Origin: the human T2T-CHM13v2.0 reference genome, Homo sapiens
DNA: 64,000 bases
Assembly: GCF_009914755.1 (NCBI RefSeq)
Contig: NC_060936.1
Strand: one strand, 5' to 3'
Of this stretch, positions 16,517 to 37,405 are shown one piece after another (within the stretch, counting starts at the first letter, position 1; each line of letters opens with the position of its first letter). The position numbers and the translations under genes were made by a program. The notes under the pieces are model-generated. The model was not told the DNA's origin. It was given only the letters and a program-made list of their open reading frames with translations, and searched no databases.

Positions 16517-16658
16517 GGCAACGTCTGGTGATTCGCACCTGTAATCCCAGCACTTTGAGAGGCTGAGGCGGAGGATCGCTTGAGCCCAGGACTTCAAAAC
16601 CAGCCTGGGCAACATAGCAAGATCCCATCTCTAAAAAAAAAAAAAAAAAAAAAAAAAA
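16517..16658 (+). mobile_element. Alu monomer (FLAM-like)
   Basis: Alu monomer with long A tail. Confidence 0.8.
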
Positions 16659-16828
16659 CCCTAAAACAAAAACTTCTCTGGGACTAGCACTTACCCCGAC
16701 TATGACTTGCCTGCTTCCGGAACAATCTCTGGGGCTCAGTCAGCAGCCTCCCCATCCCGTCCACTCTGAGACCCCTCCCCTGCCCAGCCTCAGCCGGCCC
16801 CTCCACCCTCACCTGGACACAGCCTCAC

Positions 16829-16986
16829 CTGTACACGTAGGGCCCGCGCTCCCGCACCTGCGGCTTCTCGCCCTTCAGGATCTCGCTGGGGTTCATGACG
16901 TCAAAGAAGTAGACGGAGAGATAGAAGGGGATAGGGATCTCCTTCCACATGTTGAAGGACAGGCTACTGGGGTCGATGCGCACGTT
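16829..16986 (-). CDS. SCARB1: SCARB1 exon 2 (158 nt)
   Basis: Acceptor cccttcccctgcag|AAC; NVRIDPSSLSFNMWKEIPIPFYLSVYFFDVMNPSEILKGEKPQVRERGPYVY(R); donor CAG|GTGAGG. Confidence 0.98.
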
Positions 16987-17422
16987 CTGCAGGGGAAGGG
17001 ACAAGTACGCTTGTGAGGAGAGTGATGAGGGCCCCACGCCCCACCACAAGGCTCCGGAACAGCTGCCCGAGCCCGGCCAGGGAAGGGGCTCCTCGGCGGG
17101 AGCTTGGGATAGGAGGTGGTGGGAAAGCCCTTCGCACATGAGGCTGTCGCACCTGGAGCTTATGGAATTAAACAGGCAACCTATCCATGCTGTCATAATG
17201 CATCTTAAAATATGTCCTAACAGCAACAGGTGACACCAGTCAAGGGACTGTGGTAAACAGGGGCCCATGCACCACCTAAAGGGAGCGCCGGAGCTCAGGG
17301 TAGCGGATGGGCTCAGGGCAGGGATAGCCTCATGCAGGAACATGGGCTCCGTGTGGCCAGGGGGATCATTCATTCATTCCACAAGCAAGCACTGAGCACT
17401 ACCACCTGCCAGGCGGGTTCTA

Positions 17423-18440
<1,018 letters not shown>

Positions 18441-20237
18441 AACACACACAAACACAACCTAGACCCAAAATCAAAACAGAAGGCAGTGAGGAAGGGAGCT
18501 CACAAATCTAGAAGGTGAGGCGCAGGGGACATTCCACAGCAACCACAGCCTGTGCAAAGGCCCTGTGGTAGGGAGACGCTGGGAGAGAGCCTCCCTGTGT
18601 GGCTGAGTGAGCCAGTCGGAAGATGAGAACACAGAAGTTTTCCATGAAAACCAGAAATAAAGAAATGTATATGAAATCTCCTGATTTAAAAATGTTGCAA
18701 AAACATGGTTTTCTTAAAGGGACTATAGGAAACATGCCTGGGGTCCACTTGGACTCCTCTGCCAGCTTTCCTCCTCTAGATCTATAATTCGCTGCCCCAG
18801 TGTCACAGGGAGGTCCCCCCTAGTCCACCTGACCCCCACCCTCAACCCAGCCGGGACATATCTCGGGCCCCTCAGTGCCCACACCACGTCAGAGCCCGGC
18901 AGGAGTGACCCAGCCCATTAGACTAGAGCTGATGTCGCAAAGCCAGGCAGCTGCGTCACCTTCCACCCTCTTTTGAACATGGCCTTCTAAGACAAGGACA
19001 GCCAGAACCAACAGGCAGAGGCTCTACAGGAGGCAGACAGCTGAGCTGGCCAGTCAGGGCCAGCCCCATGTCCCCCGGAAGGAGCAGATTTGGAGGCAGC
19101 CAGACCCTGGGTCGCACTCCACGGGGCCACTTGGGCAAGTCAGCCCCTGTGAACCTCAAGTTTCTCATCTGTACGAAGGAGCTAGTGACACTGTAGCTAC
19201 AACTGTGTCTAGTTTGACCTACGTGGCGTGTCAATGAAGAAGCTGAATTCTTTGTCAAGAAACTGGAAGATGTAATGTAAAATCTGGATTTCAGAGTTCT
19301 CTTGGAAAAATCAGGAGATCAGAGACTGGCCTTCAAGTGCCATAATTGTTTATTGATAAACGTGTCTTCCTACCCAGCTGCCAGCACCAGAAGGATCACC
19401 TTATGGTCTGAGCAGCCCATAGGTGCAAACGAAGGCGCATAAACTGAATATTAATGAGGTAACAGAAGCGAGCATTTCCGGGGTGCGCCATGAGCCTGGT
19501 GATGCTGTTCACTGTGTTCTCATCCTCTGAACAGCACCATTACTCTTTGAGGCAGCCACCTCCACTATTATTACCCCCATGTTACAGATTAGGAAACTGA
19601 GGCACAACTAAGGCTGGAGAGAGATTCAACCAATAGTTGGAGGGCACTGAGGAGTCCGGGAGGTCTTCCTGGGGGAGGTGGTATGTGAGCTGGATCAAAG
19701 AGCAGTCCTGCCCCCTCGGTAACGCCCTCCCCACCCCATGGCGGCTCCCACCACCCCATGCGACCACAGCCCACAGGCACCAGCTCCAGCCCCTCCCAGC
19801 TCTCAGGCCCCGATCGCCCAGCCCTTCCTTCAGTCCTGGCCTTCACCCAGCCTCAAAGCCCATGCACTGCAGGTCCCTCTGTCTGGGACAGACCCTGCAG
19901 CCCTGGGGACCCTGCTCACCACAGGCCAGACCCCTTCACCAGCCTGGGGGACACATCCAGCTGCTGGTGCTCCCCCCATAGAAAACACAGCATCAAAACC
20001 CAGAACCCTGGAAAATGTGTTCGGGGAGTAGAGCACGAACTATATGTTCTCACCACAGAAAACAGTGGGGGGCAGGAGGGAACCGTAGAGGTGACAGGTA
20101 TGTTCAGCACCTGGATCTCAGGGGCGGGTTTCCCGGTGTGCACACACCAGCCCATCAAACTGCATATATTAAATATGTGCCATTGTTTTATATCAATCAC
20201 ACCTTAATAAAGCTGCTTTTTTAAAAAAGCAAAACAA

Positions 20238-20718
<481 letters not shown>

Positions 20719-20881
20719 TCATGGGATCCGGCCGCGTGTCCATGTCTCAATCTCTCTCTCTCTCTCTCTCTCCCCAAAGAAGAGGCTTTCAGGCCCTGGG
20801 TTTCAGCCCATTCATTCAGCACTGCCCAAAGGGAATCTTCAGAGACCCAGCGCAGCCCTGTCCAACTGGGTGATCAGGGAT

Positions 20882-21246
20882 GGGTCACTGACCTTCTCCG
20901 AGTCTCAGTTTCCTCAACCATACAATGGGCGTAAGGAGAGTGTCGCCTCATGGGCTGCTGTGAGGTTTGAATGAGTCCATGGAGGTAAAGTGCTTAGAAC
21001 AAGGTCTGAAGACCCCGGGCACCAGAGGGTCAGCCCTGCAGTCATTAAGTGACCCTTCCTCCTCTGCCCCACCTCCACCCGGGTTAAGGGATGGACTTTG
21101 CCCTGCTTTTGATCAGCAGGATGACTTTTTTCCACCACACTAGACCAGGCAGCTGATTAGATAACAGTGGTGGGGACACTGTGGCCTTTTGCCTAACATG
21201 GCTGATTCTGTGATTCTGTCCCCACCACCCCCAAGGTCAAAGACCA
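20882..21246. promoter_or_regulatory. Candidate nuclear-receptor enhancer (IR1, HNF4 DR1, GATA, NR5A/DR1)
   Basis: GGGTCAcTGACCT 20882-20894; TGGACTTTGCCCT 21092-21104; AGATAA 21159-21164; CCAAGGTCAAAGACCA 21231-21246. Motif evidence only. Confidence 0.5.
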
Positions 21247-21479
21247 TGGCCCTGGAACACAGAGTTGGGATAGAATGCCAAGGTGAGCCCTTGTTGGACG
21301 CCACTCCCTCCCATCTGGCGAAATAGACCCTTTGAGCCCAGGAAGGCTGCCTGGAGGAGGGGACATCTGAGCTGGGAATTTTAAAATAAGCTGGGCTTTG
21401 CTAGGAAAAGAAGATGGTGGAGGAGTGCCTGGCAGAGGACACAGCCTGTGCAAAGGCTGGGAAGCCTTTAAGAGCGTGA

Positions 21480-23830
<2,351 letters not shown>

Positions 23831-24214
23831 AAGATTAACTCCAAATTAAAATGAGATATCATTTCCCAGTAGATGAGCAAAAATTAGGACATCCAAGAAA
23901 ACAACTACAGGCAAAGATGTTTGGAAACAGGACCGCTGTGCACAGCGGGGGTCAGGCCACTGGGGAGTCGGGACAGTTTCTAATCGGGTCAGGTGTGAGC
24001 AAAGCCCCATGGTCTGTGGGTTCCCTGTTCAGACATGGTGCAGAGCACCAGCTTCCCAGCTCCTGCCAGGCTAGGGCCACGACCTGCACACCCACCAGAA
24101 GCCTCATGAGGGAATACGCACCTTCCCAGCATGATGCAACTTACGTTATGACTCCATTATTCGCCCCTCTGGTATTCTATCCTATTCCATTCTGTTTTTA
24201 AAATGCTGATCCCA

Positions 24215-26060
<1,846 letters not shown>

Positions 26061-26373
26061 TGAGTGAAGAAAAGGCTAAAGAAAGAAACAATTGACATGG
26101 GCCTCTTGATGTGAATTTTCCAAACACATGAAATAATACTCTATATTCTTTCTGAAGACAAACCCATGTGGAAATGTAGAAAAACATTCAGGGAAATGAT
26201 ACCTGCAAACAATCTCAGGAGAGGGCTGGGGGCTGGGGATGTGGGGAAAGCTTTAACTGTCATTGTGAACATGTTATTTCTTGAAAATAACATACGAGCC
26301 ACCGTCCGAACATTGGCCTACAAGCCCCTCTGCCTGGTCTGGCCCCTGTGTTCTCTCTGGCCCCACATCCAAC

Positions 26374-26875
26374 TGTAGCAGGACAAGTCACAGACAAAAC
26401 TCCTCAGACACCGGATTAAAGAAGGAAGAGGTTTTTATTCGGCCGGGAGCATCGGCAGACTCGCGTCTTAAGAGCCGAGCTCCCCGAAAAAGAAATTCCT
26501 AGCCCTTTTAAGGGCTTACAACTCTAAGGGGTCCATGTGAAAGGGTCATAATAGATCGAGTAAGTGTGAGGAACGTGACTGGGGGCTACATACATCAGCT
26601 AACAGAACAAAAAGTTTTACAGTGCTTTCTCATACAACGTCTGGAATTTACAGATAACACCAGTAGTTTTGGTCAGGGGTTAATATTATTATTATTATTA
26701 TTATTTTAACCACCAGGGCCAGGTGGTGGCGCCAAGGTCGTCTAGCTATTTATCTTACTTCTGTTTCTTTCCATCTTTTTGCTTTCTCCCTTTTCTGCTG
26801 TCTTATAAACTAGGGAAAAGGGGAGGCTGGGGAGAAGCTGGGAAGGACAACAGCAGAAGCGGTGGTCTCATTCCA
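26374..26875 (-). mobile_element. Solo LTR, LTR2 family (HERV-E/Harlequin; LTR2C-like), same orientation as SCARB1
   Basis: 502 bp; TG...CA termini on the minus strand; 4-bp TSD CAAC (26370-26373 and 26876-26879); 3' end gccgaataaaaacctcttccttctttaatccggtgtctgaggagttttgtctgtgacttgtcctgctaca matches my recollection of the LTR2-family U5. Confidence 0.85.
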
Positions 26876-28479
26876 CAACCACTGTCTGTTACTCAGCCCA
26901 GCCCCACAGCCTCCTTGCTATCCTGTCTAAGAGGCCACGCTCCTGCCCCAGGGCCTTTGCACCCACTGCTTCCTCCTAAACACGTGGTCAAATCCCTCAC
27001 CCCTTCGAATCTCTGCTTACATGCCCCCTTCTCAGAAGGCTCATCCAACCTGCCCCTAAAACTCCTGACCTCCCGACCTGCCGTGTTGTTTCCATGCTGC
27101 TTGTGGCCTTCGAGCACACGGTATAATTAGCTTATCAGGTTTATTGCTGTCCATCTGTATCACCTGCCTGGCCATAAACCCACAAGGGCAAGATCCTCAG
27201 CTGCTTTGTTTGGCGATGTGTCTGTCCTCAGGGCCTGGGACAGCTCTTGGCACCTTGCAGGAGCTCTGTAAATATTTTCTGGGTGAATGAGCAAAAGTGA
27301 GACCTGAAACCATATAATCAACGTGGAAATGTCTACCGGGTGGTAACGCTAGTCCTCCTTTGTGTGTTTTAAACAGCTCATACTTAAGAAGGGATTTTTT
27401 TTTTTTTAAATACACAGAGAGTACCGCCTGTTTAGGCCGGGGCAACAACTCGGTAAATGTGTGATGGATGAGATGAAGATTTCATAGACATTAATTTTTA
27501 GCATTCTCTTCCTACCACCCACAGCACTCTCCCCTGCACCTGGAGAGGCCCCTGACCTCCAAACCTAACACCCCGCTCGCCCAGGTGCCACCTCCTCCAT
27601 GAAGCCCACTGGAACGACCTCGGCCTACAGTGAGGCTGCTCTGACCTCATTGGGATTGCAGTTCATGCCCTGTACAATCATCCGCCCCATGCTAGATGCT
27701 ATGCTAGGAATTTAAAGACACAGGGATGAACACGATGGGGCCCCTGCCCTGAGACGCCCCTGCCCTCAGACACCAGGGGAGCAGAATCGTCTGGACGATC
27801 TGCCCGGCCCTGTTCAGGTAGCGAAACACTTCCACCTACTTCACCTCTTAAATTCTCAATGGCTCATCTCATCGAAGCAGACACTGAGGCTCCAAAGCCA
27901 AATGCCTGACCAAGGTCACAGGAGCAGGGAGAGACAGAGCCCCAGGCTCCGTATCCACGTCTAGGCCTGTGCCCTCACGCTTCTCTCCTAGGCCATCCCC
28001 GCTGGGCTCCTTGCACGGGAGCTTCACAAATGAATCATTAACTTGACCTGGCCACTGAATTGCAAGGTCTAATTCCTCCTCCTATGAGAAGAGAAAACAG
28101 GCTTCCAAGAAACACACCTCTGACCAAATGAGCCAAGAAGCCAATTTGCCCAGACGAAGCCTAGTTCTGGGACAAGGCCAGGCCCTGCCCACTCTGGACC
28201 AGCAGTCAGTGGCTGACTACACTCTCAATCCCAGGGCTCCAGGCATCCCCAGCTCCATGGGGCCTTAAGATGCAGGAACAACTACGACACAGGCTAATCC
28301 AATCTGGGACTTGGGAACACCACACCCTTGGCTCATGTTCCAACTTCTTTTGATTTTTAAAGGACTAAGGTAAGAAGACTAAAATAAAAGGTTTTTACAA
28401 GAAACCCACGCTTGTAAGTTGCTTAAGCGAAGAGGTTGAGTCATTCCTGAGTCCTCCATTTTCCTCCCACCTAGCACCC

Positions 28480-29200
28480 TCCATCAGCAAGGCTGGGCTG
28501 CTCTCGCTTTAAAGCATGCCTCAAATCCATCCACTTCTCTCCAACACCATCCTGGCCCCCATCCTGGCTTGTATGGATGGGTGCCGTAGTTTCCCCGCTG
28601 TTTTCCTGCCTCTGCTCTTGCCCCCCGCCCCGTTCTCCCCACAGAATCCAAGTTATCCTTTTAAGATTAAAGTCAGAGCATGTCATTCTGCTCAAACCTC
28701 CCCCATGCCTCCCTATTTATCTCAGAATAGAATCTAAATTCCTGACAGTGACCTATGAGGTCTTGCACAACCCAGCTCCCTATAGTCACTCCAGTCTCCT
28801 CCCCCATTCCTATCTGCCTCGCTCACTCTGCTCCAGCCACACTGGCCTTGCTGTGCTCCTGAGCCACCAGGCAAGTTTCTGCCACAGGGCCTTTGCACTG
28901 ACTCTTTGCTCCTCCAGGGGCAATCTTTCCCCTGATGCCCACAAAAGTGAGCCCCTCACTTCTCAAGTCTAAAGTCACTTTCTCCGTGAGACCTTCCCTG
29001 AGCAATTTTCAATCCCTTAACCATCTCTATTGAGCCCCACTGTATGGCAGGCTCTGCTCTAGGCCTGGGCACTTCAATAGTGAACAAAATGGATGAAAAT
29101 ACCATTCTTCCTAAAGCAGCCCTTCCCCCATCACATTATATTCATCACCCTGTTTTATCTCCCTGACATTATCAATATCTGAAATTTCTATGTAGTTGTT
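28480..29200. mobile_element. L2 fragments
   Basis: atccatccacttctctcca...ctctgctccagccacactggcct...agggcctttgcac. Confidence 0.55.
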
Positions 29201-29389
29201 GATAAGTCCCCCTTCCTGCTGCCCGGAATTCAGTCACAATGGATGGAGCTAGAGCAGCCATCTTGGATCATGAGGCACCCTTAAGAATGAAAGCCACACA
29301 TGAAGAAGGGCGGAGCAGAATAGGAGATAGGAGAAAGGATTCCTGTGACTTCCTGGAGCCACCCACCAGCCCTGGGTGGCTTAGTCATC

Positions 29390-30686
<1,297 letters not shown>

Positions 30687-31049
30687 TAAAGCAAAAAATT
30701 ATTGATCCAGGGTTGGGTACTCTTCAGATGTTCAATACACCCTCAAGTGGTGTCGCTAATAAGAGAGCACCTACAGCCACCAAGGCCCAATCAGGGTCCC
30801 AGTGCCCCGTCAAATCTGATTTCTGAAGCAGAGCAGCGAGGCCAGCCAGGAGACCACCAGGGGCCCTGGAGAGACGTGAGAGGTCTGGGGTCCCCTCTTT
30901 ACCAGCAAAGGGGCTCTGTCCACTCCCTGTCCCCTCAACCCCCTGCCCATCCTCCACCTACCAGCAGGCGCCTGATACAACTTCCTGTGCCTGTTTCTTT
31001 ACCCGTAACAAGGAATAAAGAATAGGACCCATGCAGCAGGGACAGGTCA

Positions 31050-31802
31050 TGTTGACATAATGTGCTGGGAACAGCCCTTCGTCACTGCGATCTTCCTTCC
31101 AAAACCCGGAACTAGGGCCTAATCAATAGAAGAACAACAGACAAATCCCAGCAGAGGGGCGTCCTGCAAAATTCCTAGCCGGTGCTCAGGAACGCAATCC
31201 AGGTCATCCAAAGCCAGGAAAGTCTGAGAACCCACAGAGACCAGAGGATCCTAAGGCAACGTGAGGGACAAACGCAATGTGGGGCCCTGGATTGGGTCCT
31301 GGGACAGAAAATGATACGAAGGAGAAACGAAGGAAACGTGAATCCTGTCTGGATGTTAGTTATTACTGATGTATCAACACTGGGTCATTCATAGCAACAA
31401 ATGTATCCCATTCCTTTAAGATGTTAATAGCAGGGGACACTGGCTGTGGGATATGTGGGAACTCAGCACTATCTTCCCAATTTTTCTGAAAGTCGAACTG
31501 TTCTAGGCCGGGCGCGGTGGCTCACACCTGTGGAATCCTAGCACTTTGGGAGGCCAAGGCAGGTGGATCACTTGAGGTCAGGAGTTGGAGACTAGCCTGG
31601 CCAACATAGTGAAATCCCGACTCTACTAAAAGTACAAAAATTAGCCAGGTGTGGTGTCAGGCACCTGTGGTCCCAGCTACTTGGGAGGCTGAGGAAGGAG
31701 AATCACTTGAACCTGGAAGGCAGAGGTTCTAGTGAGCCGAGATTGTGCCACTGCACTCCAGCCTGGGCGACAGAGTGAGACTTGGTGTCAAAAAAAAAAA
31801 AA
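31050..31802 (+). mobile_element. L1MC-like 3' fragment and Alu (31506-31802)
   Basis: agacaaatcccagcagaggggc...ctggattgggtcctgggacagaaa; Alu TSD aactgttcta. Confidence 0.7.
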
Positions 31803-32096
31803 CTGTTCTAAAACAGAAAGTTATTTTAAAACAAGCAGGCTCTGTCGCGGCAATACAGGGAGGGCCAAATCAGTGCCTCACCGAATCATATTACAGCTTC
31901 AAGCAAAAGGAAAAAATGTGCACCCCATATTTATACTTTTTCCAGAACATTAAAGTCTTTTTGTAAAAACACTGACAATTTCAAAAGTTCACATATTAAC
32001 ACAACATTATTTTAAGTTTAAATATTTTATTTAAGCCCACCCAAACCAGATTATACTATCATGTTAATGACCTGGCTTTAATGGAAGCATTTTCAT

Positions 32097-32874
<778 letters not shown>

Positions 32875-33869
32875 ACCCACCCAGAGACCCCAGAGCATCC
32901 TCCCACACAGCCCCCTCCACCCCAGGGAACACCCCTGCACCAGGGAGTGTGACATTTGCCCCGTGCACCCCTTCCTTTCCCCACAGCCCTATCTTGGCCA
33001 GAAGGCAGGCTTCGCTAGAAACAAGGTGGACCTGGCAGGAAGCCCAGTGTCCTCTTTAATGGGAAGCTCCACGCCCAGGATGCTCACACGTCCCTCGCTT
33101 TTGAACCCTGCTGTGTTTTGGCCTGAGCTGTCCTAAGAGAAACCCGGGCCGGGGAATGATCTGCGGAGCAGCACACTCTCCCGCGGCTGCTTTCAAGCAG
33201 CTCAGCGGGGGCACTTTGTTCTTGCAGCTGGGATCTGAAAAGCAAGCCCTCTGGGCTGCGGACGTGCCCGTGCTGCCTGCACTGCCTCCTCGTGACTCCC
33301 GAGACCTCCTGCCAGTGACACGAGGGTGTCCAGAAACACAAACCGAGGCCCGCCCTGAAAAGGGCTAAGCCAGCTTCATCCTCAGCCACATGGGAGGAAG
33401 AATGCAGGCAACAGCCAGCAGGGGCCTGAGGGGCCCTGCAAGGCCAGAGCCAGGGGTCTTGTCAAAAGCAGGCCTCCCAAGCCAGTGAGCTCCCATGGGA
33501 CACACGGGGGGACAGGGAGGCAGCCAGAGGTCAGAACCACTCCAGGGTCCTCAGGTTCCCAGAAACTTCCAGGCTGGGCCGGGACCAGAAACAGACATCA
33601 CCGGTGCCAGTCCCTTGTGCTGGTCCCTGAGCCACAGCCCCTGAGGCCCCCAAAAGGGGCCCAACCAACAAGGGGCTGAGGGTCCGGGCAGAGCCTCCCA
33701 CTCCAGGCATGAGGTCTCGGGCAATTTCTGAACACTGGAGCAGGTCCACCTTTCAAACCTCATTACTGCCCTACAGAACGACTTTTGGTGTGAGCATAGT
33801 ACTGTGGTCATGCTTGGGGATTTTCTTTTGCTTTATCATTGTGGTGGTGTTTACTAGGTACCCGTTCGG

Positions 33870-34335
<466 letters not shown>

Positions 34336-34532
34336 AGACTCCAATGCACCATGAAGTGCCGTGGCTATACTAGAGACACTGACGGATGAGGCAATGTCTG
34401 ACATGAGCCCCAGAACAATGTGGAAAAGGGGAAAGTGTATGGAGGCACGTGCAGAAGGCAAGACTTGGTATCTCCTCAGCAAGTTACAGGGCCCATGACC
34501 ATCGCACCGGTCTATTTTTATGTATGTTTGAA

Positions 34533-34842
34533 TTTTTTTTTTTTTTAAGAGACAGGGTCTTGTTCTGTCACCCTGGCTGGAGTGCACTGGTGCAGTCCGA
34601 GCTCACTGTAGCCTTGAACTCCTGGGCTCAAACCATCTTCCTGCCTCAGCCTCCTTGTAGCTGGGACCACAGCAGCTTCTGTCACCATACTCAGCTAATT
34701 TTTTCATTTTTTGTAGATTTTATTTTTTGTAGGGGTCTCGCTATGTTGCCCAGGCTGGTCTGAAACTCCTGGCCTAAACCAATTCTCCCGCTTCAACCTC
34801 CCAAAGAGCTGGATTACGAACGTGAGACACTGCACCCAGCCC
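34533..34842 (-). mobile_element. Alu (AluJ-like)
   Basis: Reverse Alu consensus. Confidence 0.85.
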
Positions 34843-35775
34843 TTGAAATTTTTCATAAATTTTTTTTAATTCACTCAAAATTTCTTATACACCGCATCCT
34901 CCCCGCCCCCACTAAAAAAAACACAAACTAGGTCTTGTCTCTTCCTGAAACAGATGCCACAAACTGGGCCCATGGGCCAGATTTGGCCAGTAGATGGGTT
35001 TTGAATCACATATTTCAAAATATTTGAATCTGTTGACAGTATCTTAAACCAGCAGGTAAATTCCTGCCTTCTGGCTTCTTTTGGGAACCTGGGTGATGTC
35101 CAGCTCTGGGCCTGCACGCCACGTGGCCCAGCCCGCTGGAGCAAAGCAGGAGCCGCTTCACAGTTGGGGTGTGCCCTCCAGCTTGCAACGGGCCCCACCA
35201 CTCCCTATCACCTCATGCCAGGGCCCTTCCCCCATGTATGTTCCTGCACAGTTTGCAATCCCTGTCCTATAGTAACACACGATGAGAACGTGGCATTCAT
35301 TCATTCATTCATTCACTCAGTCATTCATTCATTTCAACCCTGCCTGAGCATCCAAAGCGGGCGATCAGTGCTACAGGGGTAAAGTTAATCCAACAGGATT
35401 CCTGCCCTCGTGGACTGAGCAGGAAGTGGGGAAGAGGACATGCAATTCACAAGTGACTCAGGTACCCAGTAGGAAGAGCTCAGGGACATCACACGTATTC
35501 ACTGGCACGCACTGGCAAGCACCAGAGGTCTCGCGCATGTGTCACTGGCCAGAGTGTCCATCAGTACAGCCACCTTGGAGAGCCACTGGGCAAAATCTAC
35601 TGAGGCAGAGCACGATGTTCTGAACTGCTGAACGCATCTGGAAACCACCACCTCCCATCTCTCAGGAAGCACAACAGTAAACATCTGCATTACAGAAGCC
35701 ACTGGAGGCAAGTTTTATGTTGTTTCCAGCTCAAAGCATCCCATTTAAAGCAATGCTTTCATTTATTTAAACCTA

Positions 35776-36149
<374 letters not shown>

Positions 36150-36584
36150 TTAAACCACTCGCTTGCCCAAGAGCACAAACCCAATGTTGGCACAGAGTCT
36201 TGACCTTGGGTCTGACCAAAGGCTGGGCACTGCCTTGGTAAAGGCCCAGCACAGGCGTGGCAAGTAAGGAGCTCAGACCAGCGAAGAGAATGCTGGAAGG
36301 TGCATACAGTCCTGGTCCCCGGGCACAGAGATGAATCAAGCACAACCTCTCCTTCCCCGCCAAATCAGGGCCTCATCCTGCTCCCCAGTTGCACCTGCAT
36401 GACGGGAACTCCAGGCAGCCCACCTCTACTTGCTTTTTTGGACAAAAACAATTTCTACCAGGGCTGATCCCAGCCCCACTGTTTCCACACAAGTCAGACA
36501 GTGAATATGCCTTCTTTCAAACACCCCAACCTCAATAAAGCTGGCTGTTTTCAAGCAAAAACATTATTCTTCTCTGTTCTTAGA

Positions 36585-37405
<821 letters not shown>

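Noticed and set aside
27910-27918. CCAAGGTCA NR5A-like site and other isolated copies (e.g. 4166, 13076, 36201, 54664)
   Set aside because: Several are part of the MIR consensus, and a few matches are expected by chance in 64 kb; not supported without clustering.
30854-30867. CTCF-like CCACCAGGGGCCC
   Set aside because: One G short of the core spacing; cannot be supported by eye.
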